A stretch of 40,872 nucleotides of DNA. Origin: Pseudobdellovibrionaceae bacterium. Its GTDB lineage: Bacteria > Bdellovibrionota > Bdellovibrionia > Bdellovibrionales > Bdellovibrionaceae. The notes beneath the pieces are model-generated. The model made no database searches. It worked only from the letters and a program-made list of their open reading frames with translations, and was not told the origin of the DNA. Made by a program: the position numbers and the translations under genes. This document shows, one piece after another, positions 17,801 through 26,374 of this stretch. Location: the NCBI GenBank assembly GCA_035914755.1, contig JAMIQD010000346.1, positions 1 through 40,872 of the forward strand. The letters are read 5' to 3'. Every line of letters begins with the position of its first letter. Position 1 is the stretch's first letter.

Positions 17801-18956
17801 GTTGAACCTCCTTCGAATCAATTTCTCCCCGAATCGCTCTCGCAATTCGCGCATCCTCAAGAGATTGAAAAACTTTTGGACGTTTAACGCCGTCGTTTAC
17901 AAATGAAGCCCACTCGATGCTTGGAACTCGGCCTTTGATTCCCGAAACACAATTCGGACAACCAGCTTCGTGCCTCATGCGAAGTTCACTTAAATTTCCT
18001 GAATGCTTTTTTGAAAACCAATCGGTCACTTTCTGTATTGGCCCTTCTGCACACGCAGTACAAAGTTTTTGCTCAAGTCTTTGGGCTACTGAAAGGCGCA
18101 AATTAGATTCTAGGACGAGTTTTTCAACTCCAAGGCCCGAAAGTCTTTCGATTACTTCCAGCGATCCGTTTGCATGAAGGGTTGTGAAAACCAAGTGCCC
18201 AGTTTCCGCTGCTTGAAAACAAAGTTTCGCGGTTTCAGCATCTCGCACTTCTCCAACAAGAATCACGTCTGGATCTTGGCGAAGCACTGACCTGAGAGCA
18301 TCAGCAAAGCTCATCTTACGATTCATTTGCACTTGATTGAGGCCCTCAATGCGGTATTCAATCGGATCTTCCAAGGTTACAATGTTAAGACGTTTTGGAT
18401 TGAGCGCCTTAAGCAGGGCATAGAGAGTTCGCGTTTTCCCACTCCCAGTCGGACCTGAAATTACAATGACTCCGTCCTCGTATTGCAGGGCTCTTTCGAA
18501 CATCTTTTGCTCCGATTCTAAAAAACCGAGTTCTGAAAGATTGAAGCTCGCATCGAGATTCAAAAGTCGCATATCAACTTTTTCACCAAAATGAGTCGGC
18601 AGAAGACTCACACGCAAATCAAGTCGTAGCGACGGCAAGGAAGCCCTGCCGTCCTGCGGCTTGCCACTTATTCCTATAGCGAGCCCGAAGATCCGTTTCA
18701 CTTCAAGAATCAAACTCTCTCGGTGCTGAATCTCTATCGACCTCACAAGAACGAGATTCCCGTCTACGCGAAGTCTAAAATCAATTCCAAACTCTGTGGG
18801 CTCAACGTGAATGTCGCTTGCACCTTTTGTTTTAGCTTCTGTCACCAAGTCTTTAAGAAGTTTTGCATACGGTCCAACATCAGAAAGTAATTGTTCTGCT
18901 GTTCGCCTTTTTGCGACCGTAATGCCGTGCTCGTTTTGAAGTCTTAGACTTGTCAC
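17787..18956 (-). CDS. PilB/GspE-family secretion ATPase (short form)
   Basis: GASDIHVEP, RLRVDG, PQDGR, GPTGSGKT, TLEDPIE, LRQDPDVILVGEVRD, TGHLVFTTLHAN, CxxC...CxxC; likely GTG start at 18956 overlapping the upstream TGA. Confidence 0.9.
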   Translation of the reverse strand: MTSLRLQNEHGITVAKRRTAEQLLSDVGPYAKLLKDLVTEAKTKGASDIHVEPTEFGIDFRLRVDGNLVLVRSIEIQHRESLILEVKRIFGLAIGISGKPQDGRASLPSLRLDLRVSLLPTHFGEKVDMRLLNLDASFNLSELGFLESEQKMFERALQYEDGVIVISGPTGSGKTRTLYALLKALNPKRLNIVTLEDPIEYRIEGLNQVQMNRKMSFADALRSVLRQDPDVILVGEVRDAETAKLCFQAAETGHLVFTTLHANGSLEVIERLSGLGVEKLVLESNLRLSVAQRLEQKLCTACAEGPIQKVTDWFSKKHSGNLSELRMRHEAGCPNCVSGIKGRVPSIEWASFVNDGVKRPKVFQSLEDARIARAIRGEIDSKEVQLGNS

Positions 18957-21900
18957 TTCGCACCTCCGCAGGCAGCAGGGATCGCAAGGCTCGCAGCCTT
19001 TGCTTGAGCTGCTGCCGGTATATCCTTGCAAGTCATTGTGCGGCTCCAAATTACGAATAGATAACCTTTGAGTTTTCCGTTTACGAGCCTCATGGTCTCG
19101 CGGGCATTTAGGACCGATTCTAAAAGTCCCACGTTCTGACCTTCCCGAAAGCAGGAACTCGACTGCGGATAAATCATCTGCCACTTTTCATCTGGGCTGT
19201 TCGGCATAGAGTGCAACACTTCTGTTGAAAGACTCTTTATACGAGAGGCCACCATCAAAGCGCCCGCCATTGATGCCGGGCCTGAGTAGGTGCCATAGCG
19301 CGGATAAAAGACACCCCATCCGTTGCAAACCGAATGAGTGCTTGGCGGAAACATATCAATCTTTGGTACTTCAAAACTGCACATGGCCGAGTCAGGGGAA
19401 GGGGCGCCGCCCCCTTCCCCTGTAATTGAAGTCACTGCACCCTTGAGGAGGCATAACTTTGGCGCAAGCCCCGAGGCTAAAAACAAGGGCTGAGTCATGT
19501 CGTTCTTGCCAGTATTCCAGTGCGCTCCGAAATGCTCGCTCATACCATCAAAACAAACTTTCTCCATTCTTGTGCCGCCGGCAGGCATTGTTTGAAATGT
19601 CAGGCCCGCAAGGGGAACAGCAATTGTTCGGGCCTGAAAGCTTTGAGTATCGTCATCGGCCTCAGCCCCGAAAGGTCTGGGGAAAATCTTAGCAAGCTGC
19701 GCTGACGCTCCTGGGATTCCTGAAAAATAACTCGTCTTGGGCTCCGGCCAAACTTCAATAAAAGTTTGCGGAACGTAGTATGAGATCGCCGCACATGGCC
19801 TCGGAGGAAATCCACAAGTACATCCACCGACGTTCAGTTCCAGACATGAAGTGAACGCAGGCGTACTTGCTACGGTACAAACATTCGGAATTGCGGCTTG
19901 CACATTACCCGCGAGGAAGAGGGAGGCCGCTATAGCACGAAGATTTTGAGCGAAATGCTTAATTCTCTCTACAGCGCCTCCCTTCTTCGTTACACGCAGC
20001 ATTTCAAGTACAGCCTCATGCTTCGTGTTGATGAACCGCAAGAAATCAGGCTTCAGATAAAGTTTTAAAAACTTCGTCTCGATTCCATCAAATACCTGTG
20101 CAAACGCCTCGAAAGTTCGAAGCCTTGAGAATTCGCGACCTGTGATAAGATCTTCTTTTCGTTTTGCTCTGGAGACCGCCTCATTCAAACTTGAATTTTG
20201 CGAGTCAAACCCTCCGGCTAAGAGATTGAGCTTCGCTGACTGTGCTGTTTCTGACATTGAGTGCGATTCAACTTCGCGATCTTCTTTTCCGGCCAATTCT
20301 TGGAAAAGCTTGATCGTTTCCGAATCTGAAGAGTGGCACGCAATTCTTGTTCTAAAGTTTTGCATAAGAACAAGAGCCGCTCTTTGGCTTCCGACCGAAT
20401 CCATCAATGAGCTGACAGATTGAGTCGCCACAATCACGGCGGGCTTTGATTCCCGAGCTTTCGCCATAAAAGTGTCGTCACCGATGGTGCCGCCACCACC
20501 GCAAGTCACAACGTCTTGGTATTCATCAATAATTAGCGCGGTCGTGCAGAGTTTCTTCTGCTCTTTCAGTTCGCTCAGCATATTCAATACGGCTTGCTGG
20601 TAATGAAGCTTGATGAATGTTCCCATTGATCGAGCAAGGCCTGGCTGATTGATGTCAAAGAGAAGAATTTTTCCTTCACGAATCAACTGCTCCATTGAGC
20701 GGATTGTTAGGTTCTCTTCTTTTGGACATAACACGCGATTTGCCGCAAATTCCTGGAACTGATTGATAAAAGCCGTGCTGGTCGCGACGATTCCAGATCT
20801 TACGCGGTCTTCAAGCTGTGAGTATTCGTTCTCGAAATACTCCATAGCCCGTTCAATATTGAAACGCTCCTCCTCGGTGAATGAGCCCGTATCAAGACGC
20901 TTTTGTAAATCGTCCGATAAATTCTCTTTTGAGGCTCGAACAATAGCGCGGTAAAGATCAAGCAAAGTAAAATAACCATGAATAGCGGCGCAGTAGATAA
21001 TCGCGTTCTTAATCAAGTTCGACGACGAAATATCCCAGAAGGGTGAGTCCGAAGATTTTCCCATAAAATTCACAGCAGCGGCTCTAACCATTTCGGCAAG
21101 TTCGGTGAACTTTGAATTTCGAAGTGGGTTCTCGACATACACTGGGTTAAAGCTCACCGAACCTCGAAGAGAGATTTTGACGATCTTATCCCCAAGGCCT
21201 GCACGCCTGATAATTTTCTCAGCGTCTACGAGAAATGTCCGCTTAGGATCAATCGCGAGGATCGCAGGCGAATTTTCACCTGATCGTAAAATTTGCCGCA
21301 AGTAACGAAGCACGGTCCCTTGGGTTTTACCGCTACCGATAGATCCCGAAATCATAATTCCACCATTGAGACCACGACTCGGAATTTTAACCCAGTCCTC
21401 CGACTCTCCTGAATCCTGAACAACTGAGTGAGTCAGAGGCCCTGGTGTTGTCCCCAGAACAAGTTCGCCCTCTTCAATTTCGGGCGCATCCAACTTGTGA
21501 ATGTCATTGAATGAAAACTTTATTCTTGCGATTCCTCTTAAAAACATGCGTAGGGTTAAGCCGAAGGCAAAAGCAATATTTGCACTTAGAAGGGCAACAA
21601 TCCACGAAGTCTGAAAACCTTCTGCTAATCGCAGGAAGAGCGGCCCAATAAAGTCAGCGATCTGTTTTCTACATGCGAAATAGGTGACGACACTGGTTAC
21701 AATAGAAACGAACTCGGCTCTACCGAATTTTAAGGTCCTTGATTTCCCTTCAAGGACTGCGAGTTTACTTCCTTGCTTCTCAAGTCCAATGGACCTCTTA
21801 AGGTAAATTGATCCGAAGGAAATATTCACCATCGCGCAAGAAATTGTAATCCAAAAGAGCTTCGCATTTGCCTCAAGCTGCTGAAGCGCAAACTGCATCA

Positions 21901-22015
21901 GATCTGGGTGAAACCTCAGATGTACGAGGTATAAATACACGAGTCCAAATCCGGCGAGCGCCATGAGCGCGAGCGAGAGAGGGACATCACTCTGTGCAGT
22001 TTGTGTTCGTGCCAT
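18953..22015 (-). CDS. Type IV coupling protein (TraD/VirD4-like) fused to a C-terminal TraU-like domain
   Basis: N-terminal TMs, Walker A GSIGSGKT, IDPK, SPFW, LIIDEYQ, ATQSVS; then a signal-like segment and Cys-rich CTCGFPPRPCAAISYYVPQTFIEV...WGVFYPRYG...KWQMIYP, characteristic of TraU. Confidence 0.8.
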   Translation of the reverse strand: MARTQTAQSDVPLSLALMALAGFGLVYLYLVHLRFHPDLMQFALQQLEANAKLFWITISCAMVNISFGSIYLKRSIGLEKQGSKLAVLEGKSRTLKFGRAEFVSIVTSVVTYFACRKQIADFIGPLFLRLAEGFQTSWIVALLSANIAFAFGLTLRMFLRGIARIKFSFNDIHKLDAPEIEEGELVLGTTPGPLTHSVVQDSGESEDWVKIPSRGLNGGIMISGSIGSGKTQGTVLRYLRQILRSGENSPAILAIDPKRTFLVDAEKIIRRAGLGDKIVKISLRGSVSFNPVYVENPLRNSKFTELAEMVRAAAVNFMGKSSDSPFWDISSSNLIKNAIIYCAAIHGYFTLLDLYRAIVRASKENLSDDLQKRLDTGSFTEEERFNIERAMEYFENEYSQLEDRVRSGIVATSTAFINQFQEFAANRVLCPKEENLTIRSMEQLIREGKILLFDINQPGLARSMGTFIKLHYQQAVLNMLSELKEQKKLCTTALIIDEYQDVVTCGGGGTIGDDTFMAKARESKPAVIVATQSVSSLMDSVGSQRAALVLMQNFRTRIACHSSDSETIKLFQELAGKEDREVESHSMSETAQSAKLNLLAGGFDSQNSSLNEAVSRAKRKEDLITGREFSRLRTFEAFAQVFDGIETKFLKLYLKPDFLRFINTKHEAVLEMLRVTKKGGAVERIKHFAQNLRAIAASLFLAGNVQAAIPNVCTVASTPAFTSCLELNVGGCTCGFPPRPCAAISYYVPQTFIEVWPEPKTSYFSGIPGASAQLAKIFPRPFGAEADDDTQSFQARTIAVPLAGLTFQTMPAGGTRMEKVCFDGMSEHFGAHWNTGKNDMTQPLFLASGLAPKLCLLKGAVTSITGEGGGAPSPDSAMCSFEVPKIDMFPPSTHSVCNGWGVFYPRYGTYSGPASMAGALMVASRIKSLSTEVLHSMPNSPDEKWQMIYPQSSSCFREGQNVGLLESVLNARETMRLVNGKLKGYLFVIWSRTMTCKDIPAAAQAKAASLAIPAACGGAK

Positions 22016-22173
22016 TAAGCCCCCATTTTTTTGTTGGTTGAAGCCGCCTTCAAATAGGCAAGTGCCTTAAGAACTCGGGCTGTTCTCTTCTCTAAAGATT
22101 TATTTCTTAGTTTTTCATTCTCAGAAACCTGGTCCAAAATTCTAAGGATCATTTGTTCAATTGTTTCATTCAT
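22015..22173 (-). CDS. Small hypothetical protein (52 aa), not in the ORF track
   Basis: MNETIEQMILRILDQVSENEKLRNKSLEKRTARVLKALAYLKAASTNKKMGA*; GGAGGGG RBS; TAATG coupling to the coupling-protein start. Confidence 0.65.
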   Translation of the reverse strand: MNETIEQMILRILDQVSENEKLRNKSLEKRTARVLKALAYLKAASTNKKMGA

Positions 22174-22188
22174 ATCCCCTCCGGTTGG

Positions 22189-22416
22189 TCATTTGGCTTC
22201 GTTGTTGTTTCGTTTCGGACTCACATAGCGTTTATTGCGCGGCCAATCTTCAACTCCTTGAAATCGCCCGTCGTGAAATACGAATCGAAAAGTTCCATAG
22301 GAGAAATCGGCACCATGTTCGTCTGCATACTGTTTTTGAAGGCGTCTTGCGGCCTCTTCCAAAACCGTTTCGTCCGTTAGGTCTTTGACTACTGTGCTTG
22401 TTTTGCCTTCAATCAT
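22189..22416 (-). CDS. Small hypothetical protein (75 aa)
   Basis: ATGA overlap with the upstream gene; FRFVFHDGRFQGVE beta-hairpin loosely reminiscent of YezD/DUF2292. Confidence 0.6.
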   Translation of the reverse strand: MIEGKTSTVVKDLTDETVLEEAARRLQKQYADEHGADFSYGTFRFVFHDGRFQGVEDWPRNKRYVSPKRNNNEAK

Positions 22417-22607
22417 CCGACCGCTACCTTTCCCGCCAGCAGGCGTTCTAATTTCTCAATCTCTGCAACCAGAACTTTGTTGTAAACAAGCTCCTTCACT
22501 GAGAGGTTTCCGTACCAATTACGAATTTCAGTTTTAATTCTCTCAATGGCACTCGGTCCTGGAGGTGCCACATATTCCAAATTTTCATTTTTCTTTGTAT
22601 GGATCAT
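22413..22607 (-). CDS. Small hypothetical protein (64 aa)
   Basis: Likely start MIHTKK at 22607 with GGGAGG RBS. Confidence 0.6.
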   Translation of the reverse strand: MIHTKKNENLEYVAPPGPSAIERIKTEIRNWYGNLSVKELVYNKVLVAEIEKLERLLAGKVAVG

Positions 22608-22620
22608 TGCCAACCTCCCT

Positions 22621-22908
22621 TTAAAAAATATTTCTGTACTGCATCGCCTGCATTCGAGCTTGCTCAATTTTTTGTTGCTCTGGTGGCGCAATGAAAAGAA
22701 CGCAGCCAATTCCTCGAATCACATTTCCAATTGCCTTCAGAATCCAAAGCCCTGCAAGTGTCTGCCAAACTTGCTTGGTTCCATATGCAAGCTTCATAAC
22801 GATTTCGAAGACTTTCAGTCGCCAAGGTTTCCAGAACGGATTAGTAATTGGCCATTCGTTTTCGTTTGGACCAAAGATCGCAGTTTGATTCATTACATTT
22901 TGCTTCAT
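22621..22908 (-). CDS. Small hypothetical protein (95 aa), possibly membrane-associated
   Basis: ATGA overlap with the upstream gene; amphipathic/hydrophobic middle. Confidence 0.55.
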   Translation of the reverse strand: MKQNVMNQTAIFGPNENEWPITNPFWKPWRLKVFEIVMKLAYGTKQVWQTLAGLWILKAIGNVIRGIGCVLFIAPPEQQKIEQARMQAMQYRNIF

Positions 22909-23162
22909 GCGGCACTTCCTTTTTTATTTTTTGAATTCTCATTTAATGGGAGATGTTCAACGACTGAATGGGCTTTGATGGATTTCATTTCCGCAACAGC
23001 CTCTGCCGCCCAAGGAGGGATTGGCAGCTCATCGCCTGAGGATTTTGATTTTCTATAGATGAGAAGATCAGGCGCGTAGTTGCAGCAAAGGCAGTGTGAA
23101 TGGGTGACAAGCTTTTCGAATGTTCGCTCGTTGCATCGGGGACAAGTTCTTAACGTACTCAT
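22905..23162 (-). CDS. Zinc-ribbon protein, first gene of the sigma54-driven transfer operon
   Basis: CPRC...HSHCLCC; AAGGAG RBS. Confidence 0.65.
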   Translation of the reverse strand: MSTLRTCPRCNERTFEKLVTHSHCLCCNYAPDLLIYRKSKSSGDELPIPPWAAEAVAEMKSIKAHSVVEHLPLNENSKNKKGSAA

Positions 23163-23216
23163 TTTTTGCTCTCCTTGTAGTGAAGGACATTTTCAAGTCC
23201 TTTCATCTTTTAGAAT

Positions 23217-23232
23217 TGCAAAGAGGCCACCA
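23217..23232 (-). promoter_or_regulatory. Sigma54 (-24/-12) promoter of the conjugation operon
   Basis: Minus strand TGGTGGCCTCTTTGCA: GG-N10-GC with a TTGCA -12 box; IHF-like TTTCAACAACTTA just upstream (23248-23260). Confidence 0.7.
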
Positions 23233-23306
23233 GAGCTGATCTCAAGCTAAGTTGTTGAAAAGATTGATTTTTGTTTTTGAACTGTGAGTGCTGTAAAAGT
23301 CGATTC

Positions 23307-23364
23307 GTCGAGAACTCGCGAATCGACTAATGTTTGAATTTTTTTGTTGTCGAAATCTCACCAG
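23307..23364. promoter_or_regulatory. Two enhancer (UAS)-like boxes, 42 bp apart
   Basis: GTCGAGAACTCGCGAA 23307-23322 and GTCGAAATCTCACCAG 23349-23364 match the boxes at 31976 and 32018; weaker GTCGAAAGGTGGACAA at 23401. Confidence 0.75.
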
Positions 23365-23784
23365 ATATTACGGCGGAACAGACTAGTTAGAGGGTTGCCT
23401 GTCGAAAGGTGGACAAGTCATCCTCAAGTCGAATAAAAGGCTTTTGATTTTAATAGAAATGATTGAATACAAATTTAAGAAACCGTCGGCAGAAGCATAG
23501 TTCCAAGGCCGAGGCCAGAAACCATGGTCACCGTTGAAACAAAAAAACTCGTAAGATAAATAACGAAATGAATCATCGTTTCGACTTCTTTTGATCCAGT
23601 CATTCTTTTGCAGAAGATACTTGGGGAACTGGTGAAACGGATGCGAGACAACGAAGTGGAGTCGGTTCAGGCAGTGGAGAGAGGTCTTTTATCTTGAGCG
23701 GCAAAAAACCACAAAAGCCTTGTTTGTGCCTTGACATACGTAGATCCGGCCCCACAGTAGTTAGATAAAAAAACGACGGGAGGG

Positions 23785-24177
23785 ATGATGGCAAAAAAAG
23801 CCGCATTTATTAGTTTTGATTACGATAACGATGAGTTCTTGAGAACAGCTTTGGTCGGGCAAGCTGACCTAACAGATTCGCCCTTCAGTTTTTATGATCG
23901 TTCCGTGAAGGAACACCTGACCGGTGATTGGAAAACAAAAGTTAAAGGACGAATCCAAAGGGCTGATATTGTGATTGTCGTTTGTGGCGAGCATACCCAC
24001 AAAGCGCAAGGGGTCGCGGTTGAACTCGCGGTTGCTAAAGAACTCGGTAAGCATTACTTCCTCTTAGCAGGTTACGGCGACAAGAATTGCACAAAACCAA
24101 CGTCGGCTGATGCAAATGACAAAACCTATAAATGGACTTGGGACAACCTGAAGGCCCTTGTTGGTGGAGCCCGATGA
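23785..24177 (+). CDS. TIR-domain protein (MTH538/ThsB-like)
   Basis: AFISFDYDND, FYDRSVKE, ADIVIVVCGEHT, GVAVELAVAKELGK with Glu at the usual catalytic position. Confidence 0.85.
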   Translation: MMAKKAAFISFDYDNDEFLRTALVGQADLTDSPFSFYDRSVKEHLTGDWKTKVKGRIQRADIVIVVCGEHTHKAQGVAVELAVAKELGKHYFLLAGYGDKNCTKPTSADANDKTYKWTWDNLKALVGGAR

Positions 24178-24698
24178 GTACACCAAGTGACGATCTTTCA
24201 AAGATTCTCTGGAATGATACTCAACCAAAAAATGGCTACACGTCAGAAGACCAGTACCGAGAGCACACACTCGAACAATACAAGCTCTATGTTGAAATGG
24301 CCGACCGAATTAGCAATCGCAGAGATGTAGCCAATGCTTTCTTTCTCACACTCAATGGATTGTTTCTTGGAGCTGCCGGAGCTTTGATCGATAAGGGGTA
24401 TGACTTCTCTCCAAAGTGGGCTCTGCTATTCCCGCTATCCGTTCTGTTTCTTGAATGTTTTTTTTGGTGGAGACTCATCATCTCATACAAACAACTCAAC
24501 GGAGCCAAGTTCAACATCGTCGGTGAGTTCGAGATGAGATTGCCTGCGAGTCCCTACAGGAAAGCAGAGTGGCTTCATGCTCTGAAGGAAGGCAAGGACC
24601 GAAAAGTTTATTGGCCCCTGACTCACTTGGAATCAAAAATTCCAGTCATGTTTGCAGTAGGCTACATCATTGCAGCGGTGGCATTGTGGTGCGCTTGA
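24174..24698 (+). CDS. Multi-TM membrane effector-like protein (recalled as the RipA/8xMP-type family; unverified)
   Basis: ATGA-coupled to the TIR gene; LEQYKLYVEMADRISNRRDVANAFF, TMs, WWRLIISYKQLNGAKF, LTHLESKIP. Confidence 0.7.
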   Translation: MSTPSDDLSKILWNDTQPKNGYTSEDQYREHTLEQYKLYVEMADRISNRRDVANAFFLTLNGLFLGAAGALIDKGYDFSPKWALLFPLSVLFLECFFWWRLIISYKQLNGAKFNIVGEFEMRLPASPYRKAEWLHALKEGKDRKVYWPLTHLESKIPVMFAVGYIIAAVALWCA

Positions 24699-25810
24699 CA
24701 GTTGCCTTCCTGATTATGATGGCACTTACCTACGGTCTCCTTGCGTCTGCACAGCAAAGCGAGCCCAAATATAAGAAGCCCGGCGCGGCTCAACCGGCAA
24801 AAGATCATATTGCACGACAAAAGATCATCGAGCTTGAAAGACAGCTGAAAATACAAACGGGTCAGATTATGGACTTGAAATCCAAATTGACCGAACAAAC
24901 GAAAATTCAGAGTGATAAAGTGAGTGCTGTCGCTACCCTGGTGGAGAGTCAAAAATCTTCCATTGATAGTCTCGCTCAAGCGAACTCTCAGAACACTAAG
25001 TTGTCTAGCATAGGTGCAGTGATCCTTCTTGCGGGTTTACTAATGGAGTTGTTTGGTGCACTTCTTCTTGGTACTCCTGGTCTGTCGGCCAAAATCAAAG
25101 AACTTACTGACTTTGAAATTAAAAGTGGCCTCTTTGATCTAGGTCTGAGCAATCCGCAAAAAGACGATGTCCTTGCGTTCTACTCGATGGTTGGGAACAT
25201 CTTTTTATTTCTAGGATTTACGATACAGTTCGCAGGAACTGCGCTTGTGCTTAGTATGACATGGAAGCAACAGGCATTGATTGTCGGTGGTGGTCTTCTT
25301 TTTGGTGCGACCGTACTCATTTGGCTTCTCGGAATTGATCGCTCTCAGACTCGGATTGAAAAAGTTCGAGTCGTTTGTAAAAATCTCATTCGAGTCATTG
25401 CATTAAATTGGAATCAGATATTCCTTGGTAATCGCCAATGCGATGCCTGCCTCAAAAAAGTTCCCAAGAGCACGGCATTTATATCTTGGTACGATGAAGG
25501 CAATTCCAGCAACTGTCCGTATTTGCACTCACCCCAAGACTTTAAGGTCGGCCATGAGGATTGTCTGAAGCAGCATCAAGAACGAGCCATCGACGATGAG
25601 GGTAATTTTGAAACTAAAGCAAAGATAAAAAGTAGTCTTCACCTCATGGAGGCAAACGACTTTATCTCTACTCGAGCCGATAAATATAAAAAATGGTTCG
25701 CTGGGTGGAAGGCTGATCGATTAAAAGCCAGAGCAGATGTACCGGAAGTTTCTCCTAACGAGGTAAGCCTTCAAAAAGCATTGGACAAGATCAAAAAGAT
25801 CGACGGCTGA
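24695..25810 (+). CDS. Membrane protein: signal peptide, coiled coil, about 3 TMs, C-terminal CxxC...HxxC domain
   Basis: TTGA overlap with the upstream stop (alternative ATG at 24716); CDAC and GHEDC motifs. Confidence 0.65.
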   Translation: MTVAFLIMMALTYGLLASAQQSEPKYKKPGAAQPAKDHIARQKIIELERQLKIQTGQIMDLKSKLTEQTKIQSDKVSAVATLVESQKSSIDSLAQANSQNTKLSSIGAVILLAGLLMELFGALLLGTPGLSAKIKELTDFEIKSGLFDLGLSNPQKDDVLAFYSMVGNIFLFLGFTIQFAGTALVLSMTWKQQALIVGGGLLFGATVLIWLLGIDRSQTRIEKVRVVCKNLIRVIALNWNQIFLGNRQCDACLKKVPKSTAFISWYDEGNSSNCPYLHSPQDFKVGHEDCLKQHQERAIDDEGNFETKAKIKSSLHLMEANDFISTRADKYKKWFAGWKADRLKARADVPEVSPNEVSLQKALDKIKKIDG

Positions 25811-26241
25811 TGATGAAAGCAAATGAACTCTTCATACCCAACCCTATCTTGATCGATCCAACCACTACGGTTGCCGCACTCAACCCAAAGACCTTCTCAA
25901 GTGGCTATTTTTGGAGGCGTAAATTGATTCGACCGAACGACTCAACAATATATGTTCACGTTGACGGTGAATTATGGAATCCCGTTCCCCGCAGTTGGGG
26001 TCGATGGTTTGGTCAATATCACCCGGACAGCATGGATGATGCTCGACGAGTTTACGACTTACCGGTGACAAATGCAGCCAGCCACGCACACCTTTTTAAA
26101 TTTGAGGTATCGGGATCAGATCGTAGATTCTGCTATTTTGAAAGCCGCGAGAACAACACTGGAATCTGGCAAGCTGTGTTCCCTGGTGCGATGATCGACT
26201 CGATCTTCATGCTCGATATAGTTCGACTACCTGGAAGCTAA
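25810..26241 (+). CDS. Hypothetical protein (143 aa)
   Basis: TGATG coupling to the upstream gene; no recognised motif. Confidence 0.55.
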   Translation: MMKANELFIPNPILIDPTTTVAALNPKTFSSGYFWRRKLIRPNDSTIYVHVDGELWNPVPRSWGRWFGQYHPDSMDDARRVYDLPVTNAASHAHLFKFEVSGSDRRFCYFESRENNTGIWQAVFPGAMIDSIFMLDIVRLPGS

Positions 26242-26374
26242 GGCGACACTCCCTTGTATTCAGAACGGATACAATACAGAGCTCAACACTGATCCCAACA
26301 ACGTGACCACCTAAACCAGCTCTCAAAGAGCACACATTCAATACTGATCTTGAATTTAAAATTATCGAGATAGG

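Noticed and set aside
18957-19184. Extended N-terminus of the ATPase (likewise the long starts given for traE, the antitoxin, the response regulator and istB)
   Set aside because: These extensions overlap upstream genes or promoter regions; downstream starts with good RBSs or stop/start coupling exist.
23570-23700. Short plus-strand frame (ILGELVKRMRDNEVESVQAVERGLLS) faintly like a PemK/MazF C-terminus
   Set aside because: Too short, no credible start with an RBS, and no supporting N-terminal motifs.
23731-23765. TTGACA as the -35 of a sigma70 promoter for the TIR operon
   Set aside because: No convincing -10 hexamer at 16-18 bp spacing.
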